A stretch of DNA of 13,020 nt from a virus (lineage: Duplodnaviria; Heunggongvirae; Uroviricota; Caudoviricetes): the IMG/VR virus record IMGVR_UViG_2693429623_000016. One strand, 5' to 3'. A model generated the notes under the pieces. That model saw only the letters and a list, made by a program, of their open reading frames with translations. It did no database searches and was not told the origin of the DNA. Position numbers and translations under genes: made by a program. This document shows, in pieces, positions 1 to 7,273 of the stretch (positions are counted from its first letter, which is position 1; every line of letters starts with the position of its first letter).

Positions 1-30
1 AAACACTATCAATAAGTTGGAGTCATTACC
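1..30 (+). mobile_element. IS1 terminal fragment (3' end including right inverted repeat); the IS1 body lies upstream of the window
   Basis: Bases 1-30 (aaacactatcaataagttggagtcattacc) match the canonical 3' terminus of IS1 (…AAAACACTATCAATAAGTTGGAGTCATTACC) as I recall it; same orientation as the window. Confidence 0.8.
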
Positions 31-162
31 AAACGGTTGAAATGTATGCCGCTACTTACGGGTCCTGTAATCCTCTGAATAAACCAGAGGGAAAAGATGA
101 TTTCGACAAAATTTACCGCTTCTTGGAGGACCGCTATATCAAAAGCTTAGAGGACGCAGGGA

Positions 163-540
163 TCAAATCCCCAGTGAAGTCACCATTGTCCTGAGAACTT
201 GCAGAACGTCATGATCATAACTTCCATCCAAACCGCGACGGCGAATTGCTTCTCGTATTACCGGAAGCAGTTCGCTGGAAATCTCGGTGCATATTTCACC
301 TGATAATACGCTTGGCTCAAGTGAGAATATTGGTGAACTTACGGTCTTGGTCTCGACAGTTTCAGAGTCAGTGCCAACATTATAAAGCTCAACGAAAGCG
401 GTCTTGATTTTCCGGGCCAGATCTTTTGCTGGCTCGCTTGCAATATCTTTCCCGATTTCTCGCAGCACAGAATGCAATGTATGAGCTGCTGTTTTCTGTA
501 CATCAGACGGTAAATCTTTAAATTCCATCGTCAGCCTCAT
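163..540 (-). CDS. hypothetical protein (125 aa), distal gene of leftward early operon
   Basis: Six-frame ORF; its ATG (538-540) overlaps the TGA of the upstream minus-strand ORF (ATGA coupling). No recognisable motif. An in-frame ATG four codons downstream (MEFKDLP) is an alternative start. Confidence 0.45.
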   Translation of the reverse strand: MRLTMEFKDLPSDVQKTAAHTLHSVLREIGKDIASEPAKDLARKIKTAFVELYNVGTDSETVETKTVSSPIFSLEPSVLSGEICTEISSELLPVIREAIRRRGLDGSYDHDVLQVLRTMVTSLGI

Positions 541-692
541 CAGTCAGTGTTTCTGGCTAACCAGCAACGCGCGCCAGATTCGGTTTTAAACGTTTTGCTT
601 TTGGTATACGTCATGGCGGTAAACGTTCCATCCTGGTTAGGGAACACGCCGCACACCAGAGATTCGTTGTTGCCAAGATCGATAGTATCCAT
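540..692 (-). CDS. hypothetical small protein (51 aa from the ATG at 690-692; ORF is open to an ATG at 746)
   Basis: Minus-strand ORF just downstream of the OL-like operators. The internal ATG at 692 is preceded by a GAGG Shine-Dalgarno-like motif, whereas the ATG at 746 has none. Function unknown. Confidence 0.4.
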   Translation of the reverse strand: MDTIDLGNNESLVCGVFPNQDGTFTAMTYTKSKTFKTESGARCWLARNTD

Positions 693-872
693 GCTGACCT
701 CATTTCCCCTTAACGCCGGGGTGGCGGAACAAAAAACCTGCTGCATAGTTAAAGATTGAACCCTGCCGTCATGTTCTTACGCCTCGGGCTGGCTACTTAA
801 CCCCTGACCACTGTCTGGTAACTCGAAGTATTGCCCTGCATTCTGTGGGGCGGGGTGGGTTGACGCCTGAAA

Positions 873-914
873 CAATAGCATCATTATTTTTTTGATGTAA
901 ATAGCATCGCTATT
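873..914. promoter_or_regulatory. OL-like operator pair with candidate leftward promoter (PL-like)
   Basis: Two 15-bp palindromes: AATAGCATCGCTATT (900-914, perfect arms AATAGC/GCTATT) and AATAGCATCATTATT (874-888). On the minus strand a TTTACA -35-like hexamer (revcomp of 895-900) and a TATTGT -10-like hexamer (revcomp of 873-878), 17 bp apart, overlap the operators. Confidence 0.5.
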
Positions 915-930
915 GTTTTTTGTTGGGGCA

Positions 931-954
931 AGAAAAAACCACCCTAAGGTGGTT
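931..954 (-). terminator. rho-independent terminator after the toxin gene (minus strand)
   Basis: Minus-strand RNA AACCACC-UUAG-GGUGGUU forms a 7-bp stem with a 4-nt loop, followed by a U-rich tract (UUUUUC). It lies 16 bp downstream of the toxin stop codon (971-973). Confidence 0.6.
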
Positions 955-970
955 CTGTCGGCGGGAATAA

Positions 971-1261
971 TTAACTGTTTTTGCCTGGATACTGTCTTCG
1001 AGAATGCACAATATTTACTACTTCTATGCTTGATGCTGTTACTCGGTAAAGGATGATGTAGTTAGGATGAGTTACAATTTCACGAAGACCAAGAACTCGC
1101 TCGCTTGGAGGATACAGGTAAGGATGCTCTGTGAGCGGCAAAACGGATGTTTCAATTCGAATTTTCATTCTGCGTGCTGCCGCGGGATTTTCTTTAGCTA
1201 TGTAGGCTACGATCTGGCGCAAATCATCACGAGCAGATGGTAGCCATAAAACGGGTAACAT
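971..1261 (-). CDS. ParE/RelE-superfamily type II toxin
   Basis: 96-aa ORF with the size and sequence character of ParE/RelE toxins (MLPVLWLPSARDDLRQIVAYI…IILYRV…EVVNIVHSRR). Its start overlaps the stop of the upstream small ORF, the classic antitoxin-toxin arrangement. Assigned from recalled family features, not a search. Confidence 0.7.
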   Translation of the reverse strand: MLPVLWLPSARDDLRQIVAYIAKENPAAARRMKIRIETSVLPLTEHPYLYPPSERVLGLREIVTHPNYIILYRVTASSIEVVNIVHSRRQYPGKNS

Positions 1262-1455
1262 TATTCACCTCTGTGAGTTGCAGCAGCAATTTGGGCAATA
1301 ATTTGTTCCATTTCCGCCATTACCTCATCATGCGGAATCGCCGGGCGGGGATCCGCGAGGCTTGCTGCTACTTTGGCCCGCAGCCATTCGTTGTAACTAT
1401 TTTCTTGCTCAACTGTCTCAAATTCTGAAACCATTGGGGAAAGGACTGTACTCAT
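1261..1455 (-). CDS. type II antitoxin (ParD-like, cognate of downstream ParE-like toxin)
   Basis: 64-aa acidic ORF immediately upstream of and overlapping the toxin gene. A C-terminal segment (EWLRAKVAASLADPRPAIPHDEVMAEMEQII) resembles ParD-type antitoxins. Starts 17 bp after the repressor stop, so probably co-transcribed with the repressor. Confidence 0.6.
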   Translation of the reverse strand: MSTVLSPMVSEFETVEQENSYNEWLRAKVAASLADPRPAIPHDEVMAEMEQIIAQIAAATHRGE

Positions 1456-1474
1456 TTTACATATCTCCTCTGAT

Positions 1475-1975
1475 TTAGGCGCGACGGCCTTTTTGTGCAG
1501 CTAACCACCGCGCAACCGTACGATCCATTGATTCTTTTTTATCTTTCATCTCCTGAAGCATGTGTTCTTGATCTTCTTTCGGAAAAGCTCTGAACGTATG
1601 GATTAAATCTCGTTCCATCGGCTCTACGGCAAACGGTAGTTCATCCTCTGTTTGTTCTGTGTCTGCTGGTAATGCGACTATGTTATCTTGCTGTGGTTCT
1701 CGACAATACATCCTTGCAATTTGCAGCAAATCTACCATGTCTGGCCTGATTGACTCAGGGGGAACTTTCAGTAAGCCAGCAAACTTTAGAACAGCCTCAA
1801 GGTTTAGTGGGGTTTGACCATTTAGGTAGTGACTTACCGCCCCTTGTGTTGAAAACCCCATAATTTCCGCCGCACGTTCCTGAGTCAATCCCAACTGAGA
1901 TTTCTTTGCCATCCAGATTTCTTTCAGTCTTCTGGCGGCGTTGAGGTCGGTGTCTGACAATGATTTTCTTTTCAT
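1475..1975 (-). CDS. prophage repressor, HTH XRE family (RacR/cI-type, no S24 peptidase domain)
   Basis: HTH_XRE-like segment (LTQERAAEIMGFSTQGAVSHYLNGQTPLNLEAVLKFAGL). Transcribed divergently from the Cro-like gene across an operator-containing intergenic region. The ORF is open to a GTG at 2005; the ATG at 1973-1975 was chosen as start. No LexA-like Ser/Lys protease motifs are visible in the C-terminus. Confidence 0.75.
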   Translation of the reverse strand: MKRKSLSDTDLNAARRLKEIWMAKKSQLGLTQERAAEIMGFSTQGAVSHYLNGQTPLNLEAVLKFAGLLKVPPESIRPDMVDLLQIARMYCREPQQDNIVALPADTEQTEDELPFAVEPMERDLIHTFRAFPKEDQEHMLQEMKDKKESMDRTVARWLAAQKGRRA

Positions 1976-2010
1976 ACATCCAATTCTAATAAGATTGCTA
2001 ATCACTTTGA

Positions 2011-2053
2011 AATAGCATCACTATTTACTTTTAAAAATAACAGTGCTATTAAT
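2011..2053. promoter_or_regulatory. OR-like operator pair with candidate rightward promoter (PR-like)
   Basis: Palindromes AATAGCATCACTATT (2011-2025) and AATAACAGTGCTATT (2036-2050) share the half-site with the OL-like sites. Candidate -35 TTTACT (2024-2029), 17-bp spacer, then extended -10 TGcTATTAA (2044-2052), upstream of the Cro-like ATG at 2087. Confidence 0.5.
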
Positions 2054-2086
2054 TATGCATTGGTAACACATCACATAGGGCGGATT

Positions 2087-2350
2087 ATGAATCTTGGAGA
2101 ATATTTGCATCATTTTCATATAACCCAGAGTTCATTTGCTGAGATTGTTGGCGCATCCCAAGGGATGGTCAGCCACGTTATAACGGGGCGTGCAAAACTT
2201 ACAGGAGAAAAAATATTACGTTGGTGTGAAGCAACGGGATGGGTGGTGACCCCACATGAGATTGACAGTAAAACCTACCCCAACCCAACTGACGGCTTGC
2301 CTGCTGAGTTTCAGGCTAACACACAACCATCGGCGGGGGTTGATTCATGA
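2087..2350 (+). CDS. Cro-like small HTH protein (YdaS-like)
   Basis: Small ORF divergent from the repressor, with an HTH-like segment (SQGMVSHVITGRAKLTGEKILRWCEATG). An AGGG motif precedes the ATG at 2087; the ORF is open to a TTG at 2060. Its stop overlaps the next gene's start (ATGA at 2347-2350). Confidence 0.65.
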   Translation: MNLGEYLHHFHITQSSFAEIVGASQGMVSHVITGRAKLTGEKILRWCEATGWVVTPHEIDSKTYPNPTDGLPAEFQANTQPSAGVDS

Positions 2351-2772
2351 AAATCAAGCATGAACACATCCGCATGGCGATGAAAGCCTGGGCGCATCCG
2401 GACGGTGAAAAAGTTCCGGCAGCTGAAATAACCAGGGTTTATTTCGAACTGGGAATGACGTTTCCGGTTCTGCATAACGACAGCAAGCACAACACGCTTT
2501 ATCTCAACACCCAAAAGATTTTCCGTTGGCTGGATAAAGACACCCCTGACGCTGTTGAAAAAATTCAGGCGTTGTTACCTGCGATCGAAAGGGCAATGCC
2601 ACCTCCGCTGGTGGCTCGAATGCGCAGCCACAGTTCAGCTTATTTTCGGGAACTGGTGGAGACGCATGAACGACTGGTGAGAGACGCTGATGATTTTGTC
2701 GCAGTGGCAATCGCCGGTTTCAATCAGATGAACCGTGGTGGCCCGGCAGGAAATGCTGTGGCAGTACATTGA
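2347..2772 (+). CDS. YdaT-like protein (occupies the cII position in Rac-type immunity regions)
   Basis: 141-aa ORF beginning MKIKHEHI and ending …AVAVH, which matches my recollection of Rac prophage YdaT termini. Translationally coupled to the Cro-like gene. Assignment rests on recall and synteny only. Confidence 0.55.
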   Translation: MKIKHEHIRMAMKAWAHPDGEKVPAAEITRVYFELGMTFPVLHNDSKHNTLYLNTQKIFRWLDKDTPDAVEKIQALLPAIERAMPPPLVARMRSHSSAYFRELVETHERLVRDADDFVAVAIAGFNQMNRGGPAGNAVAVH

Positions 2773-2843
2773 CTGACAATAGCCATATCGAATCGCTCCC
2801 GGCAACTCGTGAGTAAAAAGATTCGGTATCAGAAGAGGTGAGT

Positions 2844-3908
2844 ATGGCTAACGCCTGGCTCAGATTATGGCATGACATGCCAAATGACCCTAAGTGGCGA
2901 ACAATTGCCAGGGTGTCAGGGCAGCCAATTGCAACAGTGATGGCAGTGTATATCCACCTCCTGGTGAGCGCGTCACGAAATGTCACGCGAGGTCACATTG
3001 ATGTCACGACAGAAGATTTGGCAAGTGCGCTCGACGTGACAGAAGAGGTAATTGATTCAATTTTGCAGACGATGCAGGGGCGGGTACTTGATGGTGATTT
3101 AATCACTGGATGGGAAAAACGCCAGGTGCTTAAAGAGGACAACGGCAATATTTCGCAAACCGCAAAATCTCCTGCAGAGCGCAAGAGGGCGCAGCGAGAG
3201 AGGGAAAGAAAGCGGGAACAAAATGGCGATTGTCACGGCGCGTCACGAAATGTCACGCACATGTCACGACGAGTCACGACAGATACAGATAAAGATACAG
3301 ATAAAGAAGATCAAAACACTATGGTCCATGGCGTAAAAAACGCCACGAACCAGGCAGGGGATGTTCAGACCGTCAATCCTGGTCAGCCAGCAGGCTCGAC
3401 ACCGGAAGCCGATTCAGCGTATGCGCTGAAAGCCGATTCGGGCGCTGTGCAGCAGGTGATGACCGCAAGGCCGGAGCAATCACTCCAACTGCAGCAGCCT
3501 GAAGCCGATTCCGCCATTCAGCGGGAAGCCGATCGGGTAGCCCCGGAAAACACCGGGCAGCCTGTGGGACGAGTGGATTATCCGGATGTGTTCGAACAGG
3601 TCTGGCGGGAATACCCGTTGCGTGCCGGGGCAAACCCGAAGAAATCCGCATTCAGTGCCTGGAAGGCCAGATTGCGCGAGGGGGTGCCACCAGAGACCAT
3701 GCTGGATGGTGTGAGGCGTTACGCGAGATACCTGGCGGCGACCGGGAAAGCGGGAACGGAATTTGTTCAGCGAGCGACGACGTTTTTTGGGCCGGACCGG
3801 AATTTTGAAAACCCCTGGTTGCTCCCGGTAAGCGGCACGAACAACCAGCGTTGTGTGAATCATATTTCTGAACCGGATACCGAAATTCCGCCGGGATTCA
3901 GGGGGTGA
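2844..3908 (+). CDS. phage replication initiator (lambda O analogue; YdaU position) containing internal origin-like iterons
   Basis: Sits immediately upstream of a DnaC-like gene, with RBS AGAGGTGAG before the ATG at 2844 (ORF open to a GTG at 2838). The middle is low-complexity and acidic, and the coding DNA carries iterons. The C-terminus ends …IPPGFRG just before the DnaC-like start; the same junction recurs at 5836-5856. Confidence 0.7.
   Translation: MANAWLRLWHDMPNDPKWRTIARVSGQPIATVMAVYIHLLVSASRNVTRGHIDVTTEDLASALDVTEEVIDSILQTMQGRVLDGDLITGWEKRQVLKEDNGNISQTAKSPAERKRAQRERERKREQNGDCHGASRNVTHMSRRVTTDTDKDTDKEDQNTMVHGVKNATNQAGDVQTVNPGQPAGSTPEADSAYALKADSGAVQQVMTARPEQSLQLQQPEADSAIQREADRVAPENTGQPVGRVDYPDVFEQVWREYPLRAGANPKKSAFSAWKARLREGVPPETMLDGVRRYARYLAATGKAGTEFVQRATTFFGPDRNFENPWLLPVSGTNNQRCVNHISEPDTEIPPGFRG
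2972..3008 (+). repeat. iteron cluster 1: four direct GTCAC(G/A) repeats at 10-11 bp spacing
   Basis: GTCACG at 2972, 2982 and 3003, GTCACA at 2992; an inverted copy (GTGAC) lies at 3045-3049. Confidence 0.6.
3232..3278 (+). repeat. iteron cluster 2: five direct GTCACG repeats at 10-11 bp spacing, followed by an AT-rich tandem motif
   Basis: GTCACG at 3232, 3242, 3252, 3263 and 3273. Immediately downstream (3284-3307) is gatacagataaa repeated twice within an A/T-rich stretch. Confidence 0.6.
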
Positions 3909-3914
3909 TGTGGC

Positions 3915-4716
3915 ATGAAAANNNNNNNNNNNNNNNNNNNNNNNNNNNNNNNNNNNNNNNNNNNNNNNNNNNNNNNNNNNNNNNNNNNNNNNNNNNNNNN
4001 NNNNNNNNNNNNNNNNNNNNNNNNNNNNNNNNNNNNNNNNNNNNNNNNNNNNNNNNNNNNNNNNNNNNNNNNNNNNNNNNNNNNNNNNNNNNNNNNNNNN
4101 NNNNNNNNNNNNNNNNNNNNNNNNNNNNNNNNNNNNNNNNNNNNNNNNNNNNNNNNNNNNNNNNNNNNNNNNNNNNNNNNNNNNNNNNNNNNNNNNNNNN
4201 NNNNNNNNNNNNNNNNNNNNNNNNNNNNNNNNNNNNNNNNNNNNNNNNNNNNNNNNNNNNNNNNNNNNNNNNNNNNNNNNNNNNNNNNNNNNNNNNNNNN
4301 NNNNNNNNNNNNNNNNNNNNNNNNNNNNNNNNNNNNNNNNNNNNNNNNNNNNNNNNNNNNNNNNNNNNNNNNNNNNNNNNNNNNNNNNNNNNNNNNNNNN
4401 NNNNNACAGCTACGACAACGGCAAATCCGGTGAAAAATTTTTACAGGAGCTTTGCGGGGTTGATTTGCTGGTCCTGGATGAAATAGGCATTCAGCGGGAG
4501 ACGAAAAACGAGCAGGTGGTATTGCACCAGATAATTGATCGCCGGACAGCATCACTGTGCAGTGTCGGGATGTTAACAAACCTGAATCATGCCGCAATGA
4601 GCACGCTTCTTGGTGAGAGGATTATGGACCGCATGACCATGAACGGTTGTCGGTGGGTGACGTTTAACTGGGATAGCTGGCGTTCAAATGTCAGCTTTCC
4701 GGGAGTTGTGAAGTAA
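3915..4716 (+). CDS. DnaC-like helicase loader, copy A (interior hidden by N-run 3922-4405)
   Basis: ATG at 3915 follows the O-like stop. After the gap the reading frame gives SYDNGKSGEKFLQELCGVDLLVLDEIGIQRETKNEQVVLHQIIDRRTASL…, homologous to the C-terminal half of the intact DnaC-like gene at 5863-6609. Stop TAA at 4714-4716. Confidence 0.7.
3922..4405. other. run of 484 N (assembly gap or masked sequence)
   Basis: Directly visible in the sequence. Confidence 1.
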
Positions 4717-4737
4717 TTTTTGTTGGAGGATGTTTTA

Positions 4738-5463
4738 ATGGAAACTGTATTTGACGCACTGAAAGCACTGAAAAGAGCCTCTTCACATGTGGTGGCGTCC
4801 CGCCTTGGAATCAGCCGTGAAGATGCGGTCAACGAACTGTGGAAACTGAAGCGCCGTGGTGAAGCGGATAACAAGGGTTCGATGTGGTGGCTGATTCAGG
4901 CTGGTGAAAGTGAACCAGTGTCACCGGTACCGAAAGTGACAGCGCAAATGCTGACTGAGGCGATTGAACAACATGGCCCACAAACGGCGGATGAGCTGGC
5001 ACTGATGTTCGGGATTACCTCCCGCCGGGCGAATTCATCGCTGGCCATGGCAATCAGCAAAGGGCGTCTGATTCGCGTGAATCAGGGCGGTAAATTTCGG
5101 TACTGCATACCGGGCGCTGATTTACCGGCAGAGCCGAAAGCCGCATCCATAGCGGAAACGGATGGTAAAGTCTTTCCTCAGCCAGCAGGTGTTGCGTTAC
5201 CGGTACAGGAAGCTGCAACACAGGAAGAAATTAAAACAGAAACTGTGGCGGACATTGTGCAGTCGTTGCCATCGTTCACCGAAACGCAAGCGGATGACCT
5301 GGTTTTACCATCGCTGCATATGGCAAACCGCGAACTGCGTCGGGCGAAAAGTCATGTCCAGAAGTGGGAGCGTGTCTGCGCCGCGTTGCGGGAGCTGAAC
5401 AAGCACCGGGATATTGTTCGACAGATTGTCGATTCCTCCGGTCGTATTGTGTCGGAAAAGTGA
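4738..5463 (+). CDS. hypothetical phage protein (242 aa) with winged-helix-like segments
   Basis: ORF with RBS GGAGGA (4725-4730) seven nt before the ATG at 4738 (ORF open to a TTG at 4720). Segments such as [25 protein letters not shown] and [28 protein letters not shown] suggest wHTH folds. Follows DnaC-like copy A. Confidence 0.5.
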   Translation: METVFDALKALKRASSHVVASRLGISREDAVNELWKLKRRGEADNKGSMWWLIQAGESEPVSPVPKVTAQMLTEAIEQHGPQTADELALMFGITSRRANSSLAMAISKGRLIRVNQGGKFRYCIPGADLPAEPKAASIAETDGKVFPQPAGVALPVQEAATQEEIKTETVADIVQSLPSFTETQADDLVLPSLHMANRELRRAKSHVQKWERVCAALRELNKHRDIVRQIVDSSGRIVSEK

Positions 5464-5478
5464 TTGCCGGGGGCGCTT

Positions 5479-5616
5479 ATGGCAAAAGTATTTACACAGG
5501 AAGAGCGGGAAAAAATTAAGGGGCAGGTTGTTGAACTCGTACGCCAGAGTGGGCGCGAGACGTTACGACAACTGGAAGCTAAAACCGGGGCGACAAGATA
5601 TTTAATAAGCGTTCTC
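5479..5616 (+). CDS. partial CDS: N-terminus of a small wHTH-like protein, diverged paralogue of the 6624 and 7274 genes, cut off by an N-run
   Basis: MAKVFTQEEREKIKGQVVELVRQSGRETLRQLEAKTGATRY aligns with MAKPFTPEQREELKTRIVELVHQDGRVTIRQLSDETGISRA at 6624 and 7274. Ends at N-run 5617-5625. Confidence 0.4.
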
Positions 5617-5625
5617 NNNNNNNNN

Positions 5626-5856
5626 CAGGCATTGCGAAAACCGATTCGAACGGAGCAGGGCGCTAACGGGGCGATACGGGAACTGGAAAAATTCCGTCAG
5701 CAGGGTTTTACACCTGAGCAGGTGATTCGACACAGCATCGCCAATGAATACCAGGGTCTGTTCGCGCCGAAAGGTGTTCGGCCTGAGACGTTGCTCCGAC
5801 AGGTTAACACCGTCTCGTTGCCGGACAGTGCGATCCCGCCAGGCTTCAGGGGGTAA
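5626..5856 (+). CDS. partial CDS: C-terminus of a second O-type replication initiator, resuming after an N-run
   Basis: Ends …AIPPGFRG-stop at 5854-5856, then a DnaC-like ATG at 5863. This mirrors the 3'-end of the O-like gene and its junction with DnaC copy A at 3880-3917. The upstream part of this gene is absent. Confidence 0.45.
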   Translation, partial: QALRKPIRTEQGANGAIRELEKFRQQGFTPEQVIRHSIANEYQGLFAPKGVRPETLLRQVNTVSLPDSAIPPGFRG

Positions 5857-5862
5857 CAGACC

Positions 5863-6609
5863 ATGAAAAATATTGCGACAGGAGGCGTTCTGGAGCGTAT
5901 CCGCAGACTGACCCCACCACATGTAACCGCCCCATTCAGAACGGTTGCGGAGTGGCGCGAGTGGCAACTTGCTGAAGGCCAGAAACGTTGCGAGGAGATC
6001 AACCGCCTGAATCGTCAGTTGCGGGTGGAAAAAATCCTGAACCGCTCCGGCATCCAGCCGTTGCACCGGAAGTGTTCGTTTGCGAATTACCGGGCGCAGA
6101 ACGACGGTCAGCGACATGCACTGAGTCAGGCGAAATCCATAGCTGACGAACTGATGACAGGCTGTACGAATTTTGTGTTCAGCGGTAAGCCCGGCACCGG
6201 AAAAAATCATCTTGCAGACGCGATTGGCAACCGGCTGATGGCGAAGGGGCGTAGCGTGATTATCGTCACCGTGTCCGATGTCATGAGCGTGTTGCATGAG
6301 AGCTACGACAACGGCAAATCCGGTGAAAAATTTTTACAGGAGCTTTGTGGTGTTGACCTGCTGGTCCTGGATGAAATTGGCATGCAGCGGGATACGAAAA
6401 ACGAGCAGGTGGTACTGAACCAGATTGTTGATCGCCGGACGGCATCGTTACGCGGTGTGGGGATGCTGACAAATATTAACCATGCAGCGATGAATACACT
6501 TCTCGGCGAGCGGGTGATGGATCGCATGGTCATGAACGGCGGGCGCTGGGTGAATTTTAACTGGGAGAGCTGGCGTCCGAATGTTAGCCATTCGAGGGTT
6601 GTTAAGTAG
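5863..6609 (+). CDS. DnaC-like replicative helicase loader (AAA+; IstB/DnaC family), copy B, intact
   Basis: 248 aa with Walker A FSGKPGTGKNHLA and Walker B DLLVLDEIG. Collinear similarity to E. coli DnaC as I recall it (…NRSGIQPLHRKCSFANYR…LGERVMDRM…). Confidence 0.9.
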   Translation: MKNIATGGVLERIRRLTPPHVTAPFRTVAEWREWQLAEGQKRCEEINRLNRQLRVEKILNRSGIQPLHRKCSFANYRAQNDGQRHALSQAKSIADELMTGCTNFVFSGKPGTGKNHLADAIGNRLMAKGRSVIIVTVSDVMSVLHESYDNGKSGEKFLQELCGVDLLVLDEIGMQRDTKNEQVVLNQIVDRRTASLRGVGMLTNINHAAMNTLLGERVMDRMVMNGGRWVNFNWESWRPNVSHSRVVK

Positions 6610-6623
6610 TTTCAGGAGGATTT

Positions 6624-6808
6624 ATGGCGAAACCTTTTACTCCCGAACAGCGGGAAGAACTGAAGACGCGAATTGTGGAACTCGTGCATCAGGACGGTCG
6701 GGTCACGATTCGGCAGTTGTCAGATGAAACAGGTATCAGTCGTGCGTCTGTCGGTCGCTTATGCATGGAACTGGTCGCAAGTGGTGATGTATATAATTCT
6801 GGCTACGG
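6624..6808 (+). CDS. partial CDS: N-terminus of the small wHTH-like phage protein (copy B), cut off by N-run 6809-6819
   Basis: RBS AGGAGGA five nt before the ATG at 6624. Sequence is nearly identical to 7274-7458. Confidence 0.5.
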
Positions 6809-6819
6809 NNNNNNNNNNN

Positions 6820-7259
6820 TTGATGAAATTGGCATTCAGCGCGAGACGAAAAACGAGCAGGTGGTGCTGCACCAGATTGTTGATCGCCGGACAGCGTCGA
6901 TGCGCAGCGTGGGGATGCTGACAAACCTGAACTATGAGGTGATGAAAACANNNNNNNNNNNNNNNNNNNNNNNNNNNNNNNNNNNNNNNNNNNNNNNNNN
7001 NNNNNNNNNNNNNNNNNNNGATGAAATTGGCATTCAGCGCGAGACGAAAAACGAGCAGGTGGTACTGAACCAGATTGTTGATCGCCGGACGGCATCGTTA
7101 CGCGGTGTGGGGATGCTGACAAATATTAACCATGCAGCGATGAATACACTTCTCGGCGAGCGGGTGATGGATCGCATGGTCATGAACGGCGGGCGCTGGG
7201 TGAATTTTAACTGGGAGAGCTGGCGTCCGAATGTTAGCCATTCGAGGGTTGTTAAGTAG
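6820..7259 (+). pseudogene. DnaC-like C-terminal gene fragments (two partial copies flanking N-run 6951-7019)
   Basis: 6820-6950 encodes DEIGIQRETKNEQVVLHQIVDRRTASMRSVGMLTNLNYEVMKT, a variant of the DnaC core. 7020-7259 is near-identical to 6362-6609, the 3' end of DnaC-like copy B. Neither fragment has a 5' part. Confidence 0.5.
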
Positions 7260-7273
7260 TTTCAGGAGGATTT

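Noticed and set aside
547-759. 70-aa plus-strand ORF antisense to the leftward small ORF
   Set aside because: Antisense overlap with a better-supported minus-strand ORF; no start context.
1237-1428. 63-aa plus-strand ORF antisense to the antitoxin gene
   Set aside because: Antisense to the TA operon; the TA interpretation explains the region.
1797-1979. 60-aa minus-strand ORF inside the repressor gene region
   Set aside because: Fully overlaps the repressor CDS in another frame; no RBS or motif. Treated as a spurious overlapping ORF.
2311-2986. Minus-strand ORFs (2311-2514, 2504-2710, 2720-2986) opposite the YdaT-like gene and O-like gene start
   Set aside because: All antisense to well-supported plus-strand genes; low-complexity translations.
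2993-3863. Minus-strand ORFs (2993-3184, 3373-3651, 3480-3863) inside the O-like gene
   Set aside because: Antisense to the replication initiator CDS; the Pro/Arg-rich translations are typical of antisense frames of GC-rich coding DNA.
3860-4597. Long ORFs running through the 484-N run (3860-4597 minus, 3905-4486 plus)
   Set aside because: ORF continuity is an artefact of N being translated as X; only the flanking real sequence is informative.
5162-6533. Overlapping alternative-frame and antisense ORFs (5162-5398, 5414-5605, 5602-6297, 5697-6002, 6281-6472, 6303-6533)
   Set aside because: Overlap the better-supported plus-strand wHTH and DnaC-like genes, and some span N-runs; no independent support.
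6673-7122. ORFs 6673-6921 (plus) and 6736-7122 (minus) spanning N-runs
   Set aside because: Chimeric across masked bases and alternative frames of DnaC-like fragments.
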